NCBI GenBank assembly: GCA_963840745.1
Contig: CAWJAC010000006.1
Location: forward strand, 97,947 to 161,946
DNA: 64,000 nucleotides
Direction: 5' to 3'
From: Candidatus Zambryskiibacteriota bacterium
GTDB taxonomy: Bacteria; Patescibacteriota; Minisyncoccia; Phycocordibacterales; WO2-35-19
In this document: positions 28,301 to 38,472 of the stretch, one piece after another
Layout of the letters: the number at the start of each line of letters is the position of its first letter
Numbering within the stretch: position 1 is the stretch's first letter
Translations under genes and position numbers: made by a program
The notes under the pieces: model-generated
Seen by the model: only the letters and a program-made list of their open reading frames with translations
The model's database searches: none
Told to the model about the DNA's origin: nothing

Positions 28301-28648
28301 TTAATTAATCCTAAATTTTTTATAGTAAAAAGTTTCTAATTTCTCCATTTTGTCACCGTGTTTATATTTTTTCAAATGTAAAATACCGTGGATAACTAAA
28401 AATAGGAGATATTCCTCCAAAGTTTTTCCAAATTGAGGCGCTTTGGTTTTTGCAATCTCTTTGCAAATTAAAATTTCGCCATTGTTTTTTTCAAGCGGAA
28501 AAGAAAGAATGTCAGTCGCCTCGTTTTTCTTTCTATATTTTTTATTTAAAGATTTTATTTTGTTTTTGCTTATAAAAGCAAAAGAAAGCTCGTACTGCTT
28601 TCCTAAAATTTCATTCTTTATTTTTTCTATAGGTAGCCCTGCTTTCAT
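28301..28648 (-). CDS. ybeY: rRNA maturation endoribonuclease YbeY
   Basis: HGILHLKKYKH matches the HGxLHLxGYxH zinc motif. Confidence 0.85.
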   Translation of the reverse strand: MKAGLPIEKIKNEILGKQYELSFAFISKNKIKSLNKKYRKKNEATDILSFPLEKNNGEILICKEIAKTKAPQFGKTLEEYLLFLVIHGILHLKKYKHGDKMEKLETFYYKKFRIN

Positions 28649-28885
28649 TTATTCCAGCGTTCCCGGCATTTTGCCCATCTTGATAAGCTCCCTGATCCTG
28701 GCTCTTTCAGTCAATTTTTTGAGAGTTTTTTTCTTTTTGACGTATTCAGAAATTTTCCTTGAGCTGTATCTCCTTCCTCTCAGGCGTGCCAAAATACCAG
28801 AGCCTTGTACTCTTTTAGTAAACTTCCTGATCATTCCCAAATTATTATCGTTGCCGCTTTTTGTTATTTCTACATTTACTGCCAT
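28649..28885 (-). CDS. rpsU: Ribosomal protein S21
   Basis: 78 aa and highly basic. KFTKRVQGSGILARLRGRRYSSRKISE resembles S21. Confidence 0.7.
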   Translation of the reverse strand: MAVNVEITKSGNDNNLGMIRKFTKRVQGSGILARLRGRRYSSRKISEYVKKKKTLKKLTERARIRELIKMGKMPGTLE

Positions 28886-28926
28886 AGAAATACCTTATCA
28901 CACCTCTCTTTTTTATGCAAAATTGA

Positions 28927-30069
28927 TTAAGCTAATCCTTTTATTCTAGCCGCCAGATCGCAGATGGGAACGATTTCTTGAGCGCGGCTAGCAGTGTTGC
29001 GGATGACAACTGAATTTTCCAGCGCTTCTTTTTGGCCGATAAGAATGATGTACGGAGCTTCAGATACTTCTGCCGCACCTATTTGACCGCCCAATTTATC
29101 TTTGGCGATCGAGTGGATGACGCTTGTTCCTACTTTATAAAGCTCTTCTAATACAATAAAACTTTTTAATTTAGCTTCAGGGCCGAACTGAACCAAGTAA
29201 AACTGAGGTTTGGTTATTTTAATTTTTGTTTTCTTTAAATTTTTCTTGAGTCTGGAAGAAATATTCAAAACAGTGCCCGGCAAATCTTTTTTGCAGCCTA
29301 TTTTTTTGGCCAACCTATTAAAGCGGAAACCGTAAGCTAATTCTTCATTACCATCTTTTATGGAAAAGATGGTTTCTGATCCGATATCCGGATCACCGAC
29401 TAATGAATGGTTTATGTTGTAGGAAATATCCATAGCTTCCAAAAATTCAAGCACTTCTTTGAAATGCAATCGGCTCGATTCGGACAAAAAGTCTATTGAC
29501 TTGGGACATTCGGCTTCAAAACTCTGCCATTCCTCTTTGCATTCCCGAAGCACCGCAAACAAATCTTTCTTGACCGCTTGTCTCAAGTCGGCTGAAAAAG
29601 AATTTATGTTTTTTCTCACGAACAAAGCTAGCTTTTTTTGAAATTCATTTTCTGAATCTTTGTCTCCAATTGAATTTATCTGCACCTCAAGATTTTTGTA
29701 GCCCAAACTGTTTAATATCGCTAAGCCGGTTTGGATTGAGAGACATTCGCAAACACTTTTGGACGAGCCCAAAGAAACGAGAGCGCATTCAAGGCGTTTT
29801 GGCTTCTTATTTTCATTTGACCCACGGAGAGGCCTTTCGCAATAAAACATGCTTGGCTGTGGCATAGACATCATTTTTTCTTCAAAATACATGCGTAAAA
29901 AAGCCGCCTTTTCTTCCGGATAGCTAGACTGATTAAAATCTTTAGCATGATCAATATCTTGTTTTTCTATTGTTGGAGGAACGATTGGTTGAAAGCCGTA
30001 AAATTTTGCAATTTTTCCGACTGCTGTCGTCTCTTTAGCGCATCTGTCTTGAATTGGTTTGTGATCCAT
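28927..30069 (-). CDS. Histidyl-tRNA synthetase-like protein with degenerate catalytic motifs
   Basis: HisRS-like architecture (FYGFQPIVPPTIEKQD, MFYCERP, INSIGD) and a HisRS-type anticodon-binding domain. The GRxREFxQ, RGLDYY and GGRYD motifs are not conserved. Confidence 0.55.
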   Translation of the reverse strand: MDHKPIQDRCAKETTAVGKIAKFYGFQPIVPPTIEKQDIDHAKDFNQSSYPEEKAAFLRMYFEEKMMSMPQPSMFYCERPLRGSNENKKPKRLECALVSLGSSKSVCECLSIQTGLAILNSLGYKNLEVQINSIGDKDSENEFQKKLALFVRKNINSFSADLRQAVKKDLFAVLRECKEEWQSFEAECPKSIDFLSESSRLHFKEVLEFLEAMDISYNINHSLVGDPDIGSETIFSIKDGNEELAYGFRFNRLAKKIGCKKDLPGTVLNISSRLKKNLKKTKIKITKPQFYLVQFGPEAKLKSFIVLEELYKVGTSVIHSIAKDKLGGQIGAAEVSEAPYIILIGQKEALENSVVIRNTASRAQEIVPICDLAARIKGLA

Positions 30070-30080
30070 GTTTGTGATTT

Positions 30081-30677
30081 TTACACACCAGAAGGCGAAC
30101 CAGGCCAGATGCTGATATTATTTAAAGGAAGAAGCCTCAGAAATGGTATACCTATAATATATTTTCTAGGCAAAGTTCCCCAGGCTCTGGAATCAGAACT
30201 GCCGGCCCTGTTGTCTCCCATGACAAAATATTCATCGGCTCCCAATGTTGTAGAAAAATCTTCTTGTTTTATATAAACAACATATGGTTCATTCAGTTTC
30301 AAACCATTTTTATTTTGGTCATTATAAATAGTTACTATGCCGCCTTTTATACTCACGGTATCTCCGGGGAAACCAATTAATCTTTTTATAAAAAATTTAG
30401 AAGGGTCTTTGGGGTATCTTATAATGACAACAGATTCTCTTGCGGGAACTTCAAATCTCTGGCTGAGCTGGTCCACAATAAGGTAATCGGCATTTTTGAA
30501 AGTTGGGTCCATACTCGAGCCTTCCACTATATACGGCTGGGCTACGTAAATGCGAAAAGGAATAACTATAATCAAAGCAATAATGGCATAGCGTACGAAT
30601 TCCCAGAAGGAAGATTTGGGAGTTTGGGTGGAGAGCTGAATTGGGTTTGTGTTGTTTTCTTCCATAATTTCAGTCAT
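30081..30677 (-). CDS. lepB: Signal peptidase I (LepB type)
   Basis: GSSMDPTF catalytic Ser box, KRLIGFPGD, GDNRAGSSDSR. Confidence 0.9.
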   Translation of the reverse strand: MTEIMEENNTNPIQLSTQTPKSSFWEFVRYAIIALIIVIPFRIYVAQPYIVEGSSMDPTFKNADYLIVDQLSQRFEVPARESVVIIRYPKDPSKFFIKRLIGFPGDTVSIKGGIVTIYNDQNKNGLKLNEPYVVYIKQEDFSTTLGADEYFVMGDNRAGSSDSRAWGTLPRKYIIGIPFLRLLPLNNISIWPGSPSGV

Positions 30678-30709
30678 TATATTACATATACTAATTAATT
30701 CAAAATTTT

Positions 30710-31237
30710 ATGTTTTATATCATAGGTTTGGGGAATCCGGGAGAAGAATATAAAGGTACTCGCCATAACACCGGAAAAATGGCTGTAGAGTTTTTTGCTA
30801 AAAAAAATATAGCTAAAAATGTAAAAATTATTGAGTCAGGAGAATTTATGAATAATTCTGGCCGAGCAGTGGCTAAATTTATTAAAAGTAAAAAAGCGGC
30901 TCAAAATTTAATTGTAGTTCATGATGATATTGATTTGCCACTTGGCACCATGAAAATTTCTTTTAACAAAGGAGTGGGGGGACATCGAGGATTAAATTCG
31001 GTAGTCAAAGCGGTTAAAACAAAAGAATTTACTAGAATAAGAATAGGAATTTCACCATCCACTCCGAGTGGCAAAATAAAAAAACCGGAAGGAGAAAAGG
31101 CGGTCATTGATTTTATTTTGGGCAAATTCACTCCCAAACAAACCGAAGTTCTCAAAAAAACTATAAAAAAGGCAAGTGAGGCTATCCAAACTCTCATTAC
31201 CGATGGGCGAGATAGAGCGATGAATATGTTTAATTAA
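30710..31237 (+). CDS. pth: Peptidyl-tRNA hydrolase
   Basis: GLGNPGEEYKGTRHNTG and HDDIDLPLG motifs. Confidence 0.9.
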   Translation: MFYIIGLGNPGEEYKGTRHNTGKMAVEFFAKKNIAKNVKIIESGEFMNNSGRAVAKFIKSKKAAQNLIVVHDDIDLPLGTMKISFNKGVGGHRGLNSVVKAVKTKEFTRIRIGISPSTPSGKIKKPEGEKAVIDFILGKFTPKQTEVLKKTIKKASEAIQTLITDGRDRAMNMFN

Positions 31238-31238
31238 C

Positions 31239-32366
31239 TTATCTATTATCCACAAAACTCAAAGCCATTTTTTGTTCTTTGGGGTCAAAGATGTTTATTT
31301 TGAAATTGTAGGTTTTGCCGAGTTCAAGTTTTTCGCGCAATTTTTCTTCGGTGCCAAACTCAGAGATATGCACCAAACCGGCCACTCCTTCTTCGATAGA
31401 AGCCAAAGCGCCATGTTTATTGAATTTGATGACTACACCGCTGACCACGTCATCTTTTTTGTATTTTTTGGAGGCCTCGGTCCAAGGATTTTCTTTCAGG
31501 GCTTTTATGGAGAGGGAAATTTTGCCATCTTTCACTTCTATTATTTTCACTTTTATTTTATCTCCGACCTTGGCGAATTTGCGCGGGTCGTCAACCAGCC
31601 CCCAATCAATTTCGGATATGTGAACCAGACCTTCCAGACCTTCCTCTATTTTGACAAAGATGCCGAAGTCTACTATGCCAGTCACTTCACCTTCTAGTTC
31701 ATCATTCAAACTGTACTTGTCTATTATTTTTTCTTTTTCGCCGCTATCGGGGTCTTTTTCTGAGAAAATAAGTTTGCCTTCTTTGGCATTGACAGCAATA
31801 ATGGCTACCGATATTTTCTGACCAACCAGTTTGCGCAGTTCTTCCAGTATTTTGTCTTTATCTCCATCTGAAATTCTTGGGTAATGTTCGGTTTTTAATT
31901 GGGAAGCCGGCAAAAAGCCAGTAATGCCTTGCCAAACCATCATCAGACCTCCTTTGTTGGCCTCTTTAATGGGAAGATCGAACACTTTTTTGTCTCTTAT
32001 GGCATCTTCGGCGTCGCTCCAGATGAGAGCCTGTTTGGCTTCTTTCAGAGATATTTCTATATAACCTTCCTTATTATCATTGCCGATTATCTTGCCGGTA
32101 ATTTTATCTCCAAGATTTATTTTCTTTATAATGTCACGAGCGTTGATGTATTCCTTGCCGAAGATAACGCCGGTACCCCATGGCGGCAAATCCACAAAAA
32201 TAGAATTTTTGGCAATGGATATAACAACGCCTTCTATGATGGAATCTTTAGCGGGCGGCAGTTGAGAGTTGTCCAAAAGTTTGGACATTTTACTTTCTTT
32301 CACATTTTCCTCACTGACTACTTTTTTTGGCATATTTAAAAACGAAAAAACCGCAAGCTTTTCCAC
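31239..32366 (-). CDS. rpsA: Ribosomal protein S1 (four S1 domains)
   Basis: Repeated S1 OB-fold motifs (G.V....FG.FV....EGLVHISE). The start may be an internal ATG. Confidence 0.8.
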   Translation of the reverse strand: MEKLAVFSFLNMPKKVVSEENVKESKMSKLLDNSQLPPAKDSIIEGVVISIAKNSIFVDLPPWGTGVIFGKEYINARDIIKKINLGDKITGKIIGNDNKEGYIEISLKEAKQALIWSDAEDAIRDKKVFDLPIKEANKGGLMMVWQGITGFLPASQLKTEHYPRISDGDKDKILEELRKLVGQKISVAIIAVNAKEGKLIFSEKDPDSGEKEKIIDKYSLNDELEGEVTGIVDFGIFVKIEEGLEGLVHISEIDWGLVDDPRKFAKVGDKIKVKIIEVKDGKISLSIKALKENPWTEASKKYKKDDVVSGVVIKFNKHGALASIEEGVAGLVHISEFGTEEKLREKLELGKTYNFKINIFDPKEQKMALSFVDNR

Positions 32367-32439
32367 ATTCTCTCGCCATTTCGGGTATTGTGGAAGGTTA
32401 GGCCTTCGGAACTTCTTTTAATGACATTATAATAGCACC

Positions 32440-32468
32440 TTGACTTTTTATATGCAAGGGTATATACT
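32440..32468 (+). promoter_or_regulatory. Sigma70-type promoter of the RRM-protein gene
   Basis: TTGACT, 17-nt spacer, TATACT. It would give a ~100-nt 5' UTR. Confidence 0.6.
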
Positions 32469-32574
32469 ACTGAGGTAAGTGTTAAGTTCTAGATTGTTTG
32501 TTTTGCGGCTTTAAATCGCGGACAGCAAGCGGAACTCGCTTGGTCGTTTAATCGAAATTAATTTAAAGCACGCA

Positions 32575-32853
32575 ATGAAAAAGCTTTTCGTAGGCAATTT
32601 GCCGTACAAAGCCGCCGATACCGATTTGAAAGACATGTTCTCTCAAAACGGTGAAGTCACCGAAGCTGTCGTAATCATGGACAGAGAAAGAGGTGTCTCC
32701 AAAGGTTTTGGTTTTGTCACTATGACAAATGATGCCGAAGCAATTGCCGCCATAGAAATGTGGAATGGCAAAGATCTCGAAGGCAGAGCTCTGACCGTAA
32801 ATGAAGCTCGTCCTCAAGAGGCTCGTCCTCGCAGAGATAACTTCAGACGATAA
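32575..32853 (+). CDS. RNA-binding protein with an RRM (RNP-1/RNP-2) domain
   Basis: RNP-2 LFVGNL, RNP-1 KGFGFVTM, and an Arg-rich tail. Confidence 0.9.
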   Translation: MKKLFVGNLPYKAADTDLKDMFSQNGEVTEAVVIMDRERGVSKGFGFVTMTNDAEAIAAIEMWNGKDLEGRALTVNEARPQEARPRRDNFRR

Positions 32854-32877
32854 TATCGTTTTGTAAGTAAACAAGAG

Positions 32878-32899
32878 ACCCCGCTTAGCGGGGTTTTTT
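32878..32899 (+). terminator. Intrinsic terminator
   Basis: ccccgc-tta-gcgggg followed by T6. Confidence 0.8.
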
Positions 32900-32913
32900 G
32901 TTATAATAAAGAA

Positions 32914-33357
32914 ATGAAAAAAACAATAATAATTTTGGTGGTGGCCATAGGACTAGCGGTTTTGGCTTTTGCGGTCAATTACATTGAAAAAAGTCAGCAA
33001 AAAACTATAAATACTTTAAAAATAGGCGGCGTGACGATAAATATTATGGTGGCAAATACGGATGCAGAGAGAATGCAGGGTCTTTCGGGTAAAGACGACC
33101 TTGCGGAGAACGAAGGAATGCTTTTTGTTTTTGATAATGAAGGATATTACGGATTTTGGATGAAAGATATGAATTTTCCCATTGACATGGCTTGGCTGGA
33201 TAAAAATAAAAAAATTATACATGTGGAAAGTAATGTTTCGCCGGCAACTTACCCCCAAGTTTTCAATCCACCAGCTCCAAGTTTGTATGTTTTAGAAACC
33301 TCAGCTGGATTTTTGGGCAAAAATAACATCAAAATAGGGGATATTGTTGCCTTTTAA
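32914..33357 (+). CDS. DUF192 (COG1430) domain protein, membrane-anchored
   Basis: GLSGKDDLAENEGMLFVF...FWMKDMNFPIDMAWLD matches the DUF192 pattern. Confidence 0.75.
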   Translation: MKKTIIILVVAIGLAVLAFAVNYIEKSQQKTINTLKIGGVTINIMVANTDAERMQGLSGKDDLAENEGMLFVFDNEGYYGFWMKDMNFPIDMAWLDKNKKIIHVESNVSPATYPQVFNPPAPSLYVLETSAGFLGKNNIKIGDIVAF

Positions 33358-33436
33358 TCTTTTCTATTTCGTACGCTCTTATCCACAGTTTTTTTAGCCC
33401 AAAAAATTGTAGAATGAGGTACCAAAAACAAAAAAT

Positions 33437-35610
33437 ATGCCTCAAAAAACCAAAATAAAGCACATTTATAAGAAGATTAAAAAACGCAACGGTCGGATTG
33501 TTCCGTTCAAAAAAGAAAAGATTGCAACTGCTATAGGCAAGGCTGGAGCGGCAACGGGAGAGTTTGATATTGATAAGGCCGAAGAGCTGACCGAAAGAGT
33601 TTTGTGGCTCACTCGTGACAGGATTGACGGAGCCATTCCTGAGGTTGAACAAATACAGGACTTTGTGGAGGAGATTTTGCTTGCTTCACCTTACAAAAAG
33701 ACCGCTAAAGCCTACATCCTTTACCGTGATCAGCATAAAAAAATAAGGGAGATAACCAATACTTCCAGTGTTGATCTTATGGATCAATATTTGAGTAAAT
33801 TGGACTGGCAAGTTAAGGAAAACAGCAATATGGCTTATTCTCTCCAAGGACTTCACAATTATATTTCGTCCGAAATAAGCAAAGTTTATTGGCTCAATAA
33901 AATCTACCCCGAATCCATCAGAGATGCTCATACAAACGGCGATTTTCATTTGCATGATTTGAGCATATTGTCTGTTTATTGCGTTGGTTGGGATTTGTTT
34001 GATCTGTTACTTGAAGGATTTACCGGAGTTGAAGGCAAAATTGAAAGCAAACCGCCAAGTCATTTACAATCAGCTCTCGGACAAATCGTAAATTTCTTTT
34101 ACACTTTGCAGGGAGAAGCGGCTGGTGCTCAGGCTTTCAGCAATTTTGACACTTTGCTGGCACCTTTTATCCGCTACGACAAAATGACTTACAAAGAAGT
34201 CAAGCAGGCACTTCAGTCATTTTTGTTCAACATGAATGTCTCGACTCAGAGTCGGTTTTCAAACCCCATTTACAAACGTTACTCTAGATTTGAATGTGCC
34301 TAAATATTTCAAGAAACAATCGGTTATAGTCGGCGGCAAGTCTCAAAAAGAAACTTACGGAGAATTTCAGGAGGAGATGGATATATTCAACAAAGCTTTC
34401 CTTGAAGTGATGGCCGAAGGAGACGCCAAGGGTCGAGTTTTCACTTTCCCTATACCGACATACAACATTACCAAAGATTTCGATTGGGACAATAAAAATA
34501 TCTCTTTGCTTTGGGATGTGACGGCCAAATACGGTTTGCCTTATTTTTCAAATTTTATAAATTCAGAAATGAGTCCGGAAGACGCCCGCTCAATGTGCTG
34601 CCGCTTGCGCATTGACAATCGCCAGCTGGAACATCGCGGCGGCGGACTCTTTGGCGCTAACCCTCTGACCGGTTCGATCGGTGTCGTTACCATCAATTTG
34701 CCTCGCCTTGGCTATAATGCCAAAAACAAAAAACAATTTATCACTGCTCTCAAAGAACTTATGGTTCTGGCAAAAGAGAGTCTTGGAAATAAAACGCAAA
34801 ACTTTGGAGAGATTTACAGATAATAATTTATATCCGTATACTAAATTTTACTTAAGGGCAATAAAGGATGGGTTTGGATGCTATTGGAAAAACCATTTTT
34901 CAACCATCGGCATAGTCGGTATGAACGAAGCGGTGGAAAATCTCTTGGGTAAAAACATCGCTACTCCCGAAGGCAAGAAGTTTGCCGAGGAAGTTCTTGA
35001 CTTTATGCGCGACACTCTGGTTTCTTTCCAAAAAGAAACAGGCAATAATTACAATTTGGAAGCCACTCCGGCCGAAGGCACTTCTCACCGTTTGGCCCTC
35101 ATTGACCGCAAAAAATGCGATAATATTATTTTTGCCAATGGCCGCGGCAAAGAAACCAAAGATCCTTTTTACACCAACTCGACCCATTTGCCTGTTAATT
35201 TCACTAACGATATGTTTGAATTGCTTGATCTGCAGGATAATCTTCAAACAAAATACACTGGCGGTACAGTTATTCATTTTTTCCTCGGTGAAAAAGTAAG
35301 TGATAGCTCAAGTTTGAAAAATTTGGTAAAGAAAGTATGCGAAAATTACCATGTGCCTTATTTTACTTTCACTCCAAGCTTCAGTATTTGCAAAACTCAC
35401 GGCTATATTTCAGGAGAAAACTACACTTGTCCGACATGTGGAGAAAGTTGCGAAATATATTCACGAATTGTCGGCTACCTGCGGCCGATAAGCCAGTGGA
35501 ATGAGGGTAAAAGAGCAGAGTTTGATATGCGCAAAAAATTTGACGTCCCAGTGCCGATCGTCCCGCTGCCGAAATTGTCTTCTGTTGAAAGCTTTTCCCT
35601 TAATTCATGA
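33437..35610 (+). CDS. nrdD: Anaerobic ribonucleoside-triphosphate reductase NrdD (two apparent frameshifts, about 34250-34258 and 34782-34786)
   Basis: ATP-cone (KRNGRIVPFKKEKI), C-terminal Zn site CPTCG and glycyl-radical motif RIVGYLRP. Three overlapping ORFs are collinear with NrdD. Confidence 0.9.
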
Positions 35611-36306
35611 CCATCGGCGGTTTTGAAAAGTTTTCTTTAAACGATTATCCGGGCAAAACAGCGGCGGTTATTTTCACGCAGGGTTGCAACTTTCGTTGCC
35701 GATATTGTCACAATCCCGAATTGGTTCTGCCTGAAAAATATGCCAAAGCAATTCCCCTAGATGAAGTTTATAAATTTTTGGAGAGCCGTACTGGCAAGCT
35801 TGATGCGGTCTGTATAACCGGCGGCGAACCGACCCAGCATGCTGATTTGGGAGAGGTGATTAAAAAAATAAAAAAGATGGGATTTTTGGTAAAGCTTGAT
35901 ACAAACGGCAGCAGGCCTGAAATGCTCGAGGAAATTATTAAAGAAGGAAATGTTGATTACATTCGCCATGGATATAAAAGCTCCTCTTGATTCCGATTCC
36001 TACCAAAAAGTGTCAAGGGTGCCCCTTGACATGTCAAAAATCAAAAAAAGCATTTTTCTTATAATAAATTCGGGCTTGCCTCATGAATTTAGGACGACAG
36101 TAGTTAAAACACTCACCAGTTTTGATGACCTGCGCAAAATTGCCGAGAGTATAAAAGGCGCCGACAATTACTTCATCCAAAAGTTTGTCTCTGCCGAAAA
36201 ATTAAACGACCAAACACTTTCAAACGAAATATCCTATTCCGACGAAGAACTAAAATCCCTCGCTGTTGAACTCTCCACTTTTGTTAAACATTGCAGAGTG
36301 AGATAG
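35607..36306 (+). CDS. nrdG: Anaerobic RNR activating radical-SAM protein NrdG (apparent frameshift about 35961-35965)
   Basis: CNFRCRYCHN radical SAM cluster motif. A shift restores ...NVDYIAMDIKAPLD... Confidence 0.85.
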
Positions 36307-36322
36307 GTGATATAATTTAAGT

Positions 36323-37357
36323 ATGGAAAATAAAAAAATTAAAGTTGCTATAAATGGCGCGGGAAGGATTGGAAGAGCATTTCTCAGACTGGCTCAAAGT
36401 ACGCCGAGTATTGAAATTGTAGCCATAAACGATTTGGGTGATATTGAAAATATTGCTTACCTCATCAAGTATGACACTGCTTATGGGGCAGCACAGTTTC
36501 CAGTTGAAGTTAAATCTGATAAAAAAGCTCTTATTATAAATGGCAAAGAAATTGAATTTTTGAGCGATAAAAATCCAAGTGATTTACCTTGGAAATATTT
36601 AAATGTGGATGTGGTCATTGAATCAACCGGAGCCTTTACAACATTCAAAAAAGCCAAAGCTCACATTGATGCCGGAGCCAAGAGAGTAGTTATTACTGCC
36701 CCAGCCAAAGATGAGCCGGCAGACGAAACCCAAGCAACTATCTTAATGGGTATTAATGATGAAAAACTCGAAACTTGTCAGATAAGTTCAAACGCTTCTT
36801 GCACTACCAACGCTGGAGCGCCACTCATTCAAATTTTGAACCAAAAAATAGGTATTGAAAAGGCTGTTTTAAATACAGTCCATGGTTATACTGCCAGCCA
36901 GTCGATTGTAGATGGGCCTAGCAAAAAGGACTTCAAGGAAGGCAGAGCGGCGGCCCAAAACATTGTGCCCACCACCACCGGCGCGGCTATAGCGGTCACC
37001 AAAGCCGTACCGGAACTCATTGGCAAATTTGACGGCTTGGCTATGCGAGTACCTGTTGTTGCTGGCTCCATAGTTGATGTCACTTTCATTGCCAAAAGAG
37101 AAACTAGCGCGGAAGAAGTAAATAAAATTTTAAAGGAAGCATCAAGCGAAACGAGATGGCAAGGTATTTTCACGGTGACCGAAGACCCGATTGTTTCGGC
37201 TGATATTATAGGTTCACTTTATGGCTCGGTGGCTGATCTGGGACTGACCCGAGTAGTTGATAAAAATTTAGTCAAAGTCTGCGCTTGGTATGATAACGAA
37301 ATGGGGTACACCAATACACTTATAAAACATGTTTTGAAAATAGGAAGTTATTTATGA
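36323..37357 (+). CDS. gap: Glyceraldehyde-3-phosphate dehydrogenase, type I
   Basis: INGAGRIGR NAD motif and the active site SNASCTTN. Confidence 0.95.
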   Translation: MENKKIKVAINGAGRIGRAFLRLAQSTPSIEIVAINDLGDIENIAYLIKYDTAYGAAQFPVEVKSDKKALIINGKEIEFLSDKNPSDLPWKYLNVDVVIESTGAFTTFKKAKAHIDAGAKRVVITAPAKDEPADETQATILMGINDEKLETCQISSNASCTTNAGAPLIQILNQKIGIEKAVLNTVHGYTASQSIVDGPSKKDFKEGRAAAQNIVPTTTGAAIAVTKAVPELIGKFDGLAMRVPVVAGSIVDVTFIAKRETSAEEVNKILKEASSETRWQGIFTVTEDPIVSADIIGSLYGSVADLGLTRVVDKNLVKVCAWYDNEMGYTNTLIKHVLKIGSYL

Positions 37358-37800
37358 AAATTTTTTTCGCTAGTGATCACGCAGGATTTGAGATGAAAAG
37401 CTCGTTAATTGAGTTTGTAAAAGAACTTGGTTTTGAAGTAGAAGATTGTGGAGCTTATGAATTAAATCAGGAAGATGATTATCCGGAATTTATAAAAAAG
37501 GCAGCTCAAAAAGTTTCTGATGATCCAGAGAATTGCAAAGGAATAATATTGGGAGGCTCCGGGGAAGGCGAGGCCATGGTTGCCAACAGATTTCCAAATA
37601 TACGGGCCTCTGTTTACTATGGTGGCCCGAAAGAAATAGTGATTTTGTCCAGAGAGCACAATGACGCCAATGTTTTGTCTTTGGGCGCTAGATTTTTATC
37701 ACTTAATGAAGCCAAAGAAGCGGTGAAATTGTGGCTCGAAACAGAATTTTATGGTGAGGAAAGGCACGAGAGAAGAATTAGTGAGATTGAAAATTTATGA
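37354..37800 (+). CDS. rpiB: Ribose-5-phosphate isomerase B
   Basis: RpiB/LacAB family: MKIFFASDHAGFEMK, GGSGEGEAMVANR. Confidence 0.9.
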   Translation: MKIFFASDHAGFEMKSSLIEFVKELGFEVEDCGAYELNQEDDYPEFIKKAAQKVSDDPENCKGIILGGSGEGEAMVANRFPNIRASVYYGGPKEIVILSREHNDANVLSLGARFLSLNEAKEAVKLWLETEFYGEERHERRISEIENL

Positions 37801-38468
37801 TAGAAATAATTCCATCAATCATTCCACAGGATCTCAATATAATCAGAGAAAAACTCGAGCAAGTTTTGGGCTTGGTCAAAAAAGTGCAGATAGATATTGT
37901 GGACGGCGGATATGCTCCAGTCAAAACCTGGCCTTTTATAGAAAAATATTCGGACGATTTAATGAAATTGGCCAGGGGCGATGAAAAATTTCCTTACATT
38001 GACGATTTTTTAGTAGAGATAGATATGATGATTTTTCATCCTATTGAATACTTAGGTGATTTCATTTCGCTGGGTGCCAAAAGTTTCGTTATTCATGTTG
38101 ATTCTACCGATCATATAGAAGAATGCCTGGATACCATTAAAAATTCGGGCTGCAGCGCTGGTTTGGGTATTAAACCTTCAGTGGATGCAGATCTGCTTCA
38201 GCCTTTTTTGCCACAAGTGGATTTCGTCCAATTTATGGGCAACGATAAAATCGGCCATAGCGGCATAGAGTTGGATAATTCAGTCATAAATAAAATAAAA
38301 TATTTTCATGAAAAGCATCCTTCAACCGAAATCCAAATTGATATAGGAGTAAATGAAGAAACTATTCCCAAACTTAAAGCCGCCGGCGTCTCCCGCTTCA
38401 TTTCCGGCTCATCGATTTTCAACGCTCCGAGTACAAAAGAAGCTATAATAAAGCTTCAAAGTTTTTAA
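37797..38468 (+). CDS. rpe: Ribulose-phosphate 3-epimerase-like protein (divergent)
   Basis: IIPSI...QIDIVDGGYAP...GSSIF pattern of Rpe TIM barrels, in a pentose-phosphate context. Confidence 0.65.
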   Translation: MIEIIPSIIPQDLNIIREKLEQVLGLVKKVQIDIVDGGYAPVKTWPFIEKYSDDLMKLARGDEKFPYIDDFLVEIDMMIFHPIEYLGDFISLGAKSFVIHVDSTDHIEECLDTIKNSGCSAGLGIKPSVDADLLQPFLPQVDFVQFMGNDKIGHSGIELDNSVINKIKYFHEKHPSTEIQIDIGVNEETIPKLKAAGVSRFISGSSIFNAPSTKEAIIKLQSF

Positions 38469-38472
38469 CAAA

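Noticed and set aside
34236-34823. Overlapping ORFs within nrdD and nrdG read as nested or overlapping genes.
   Set aside because: All pieces are collinear with single NrdD and NrdG proteins, and the overlaps are frameshift artefacts.
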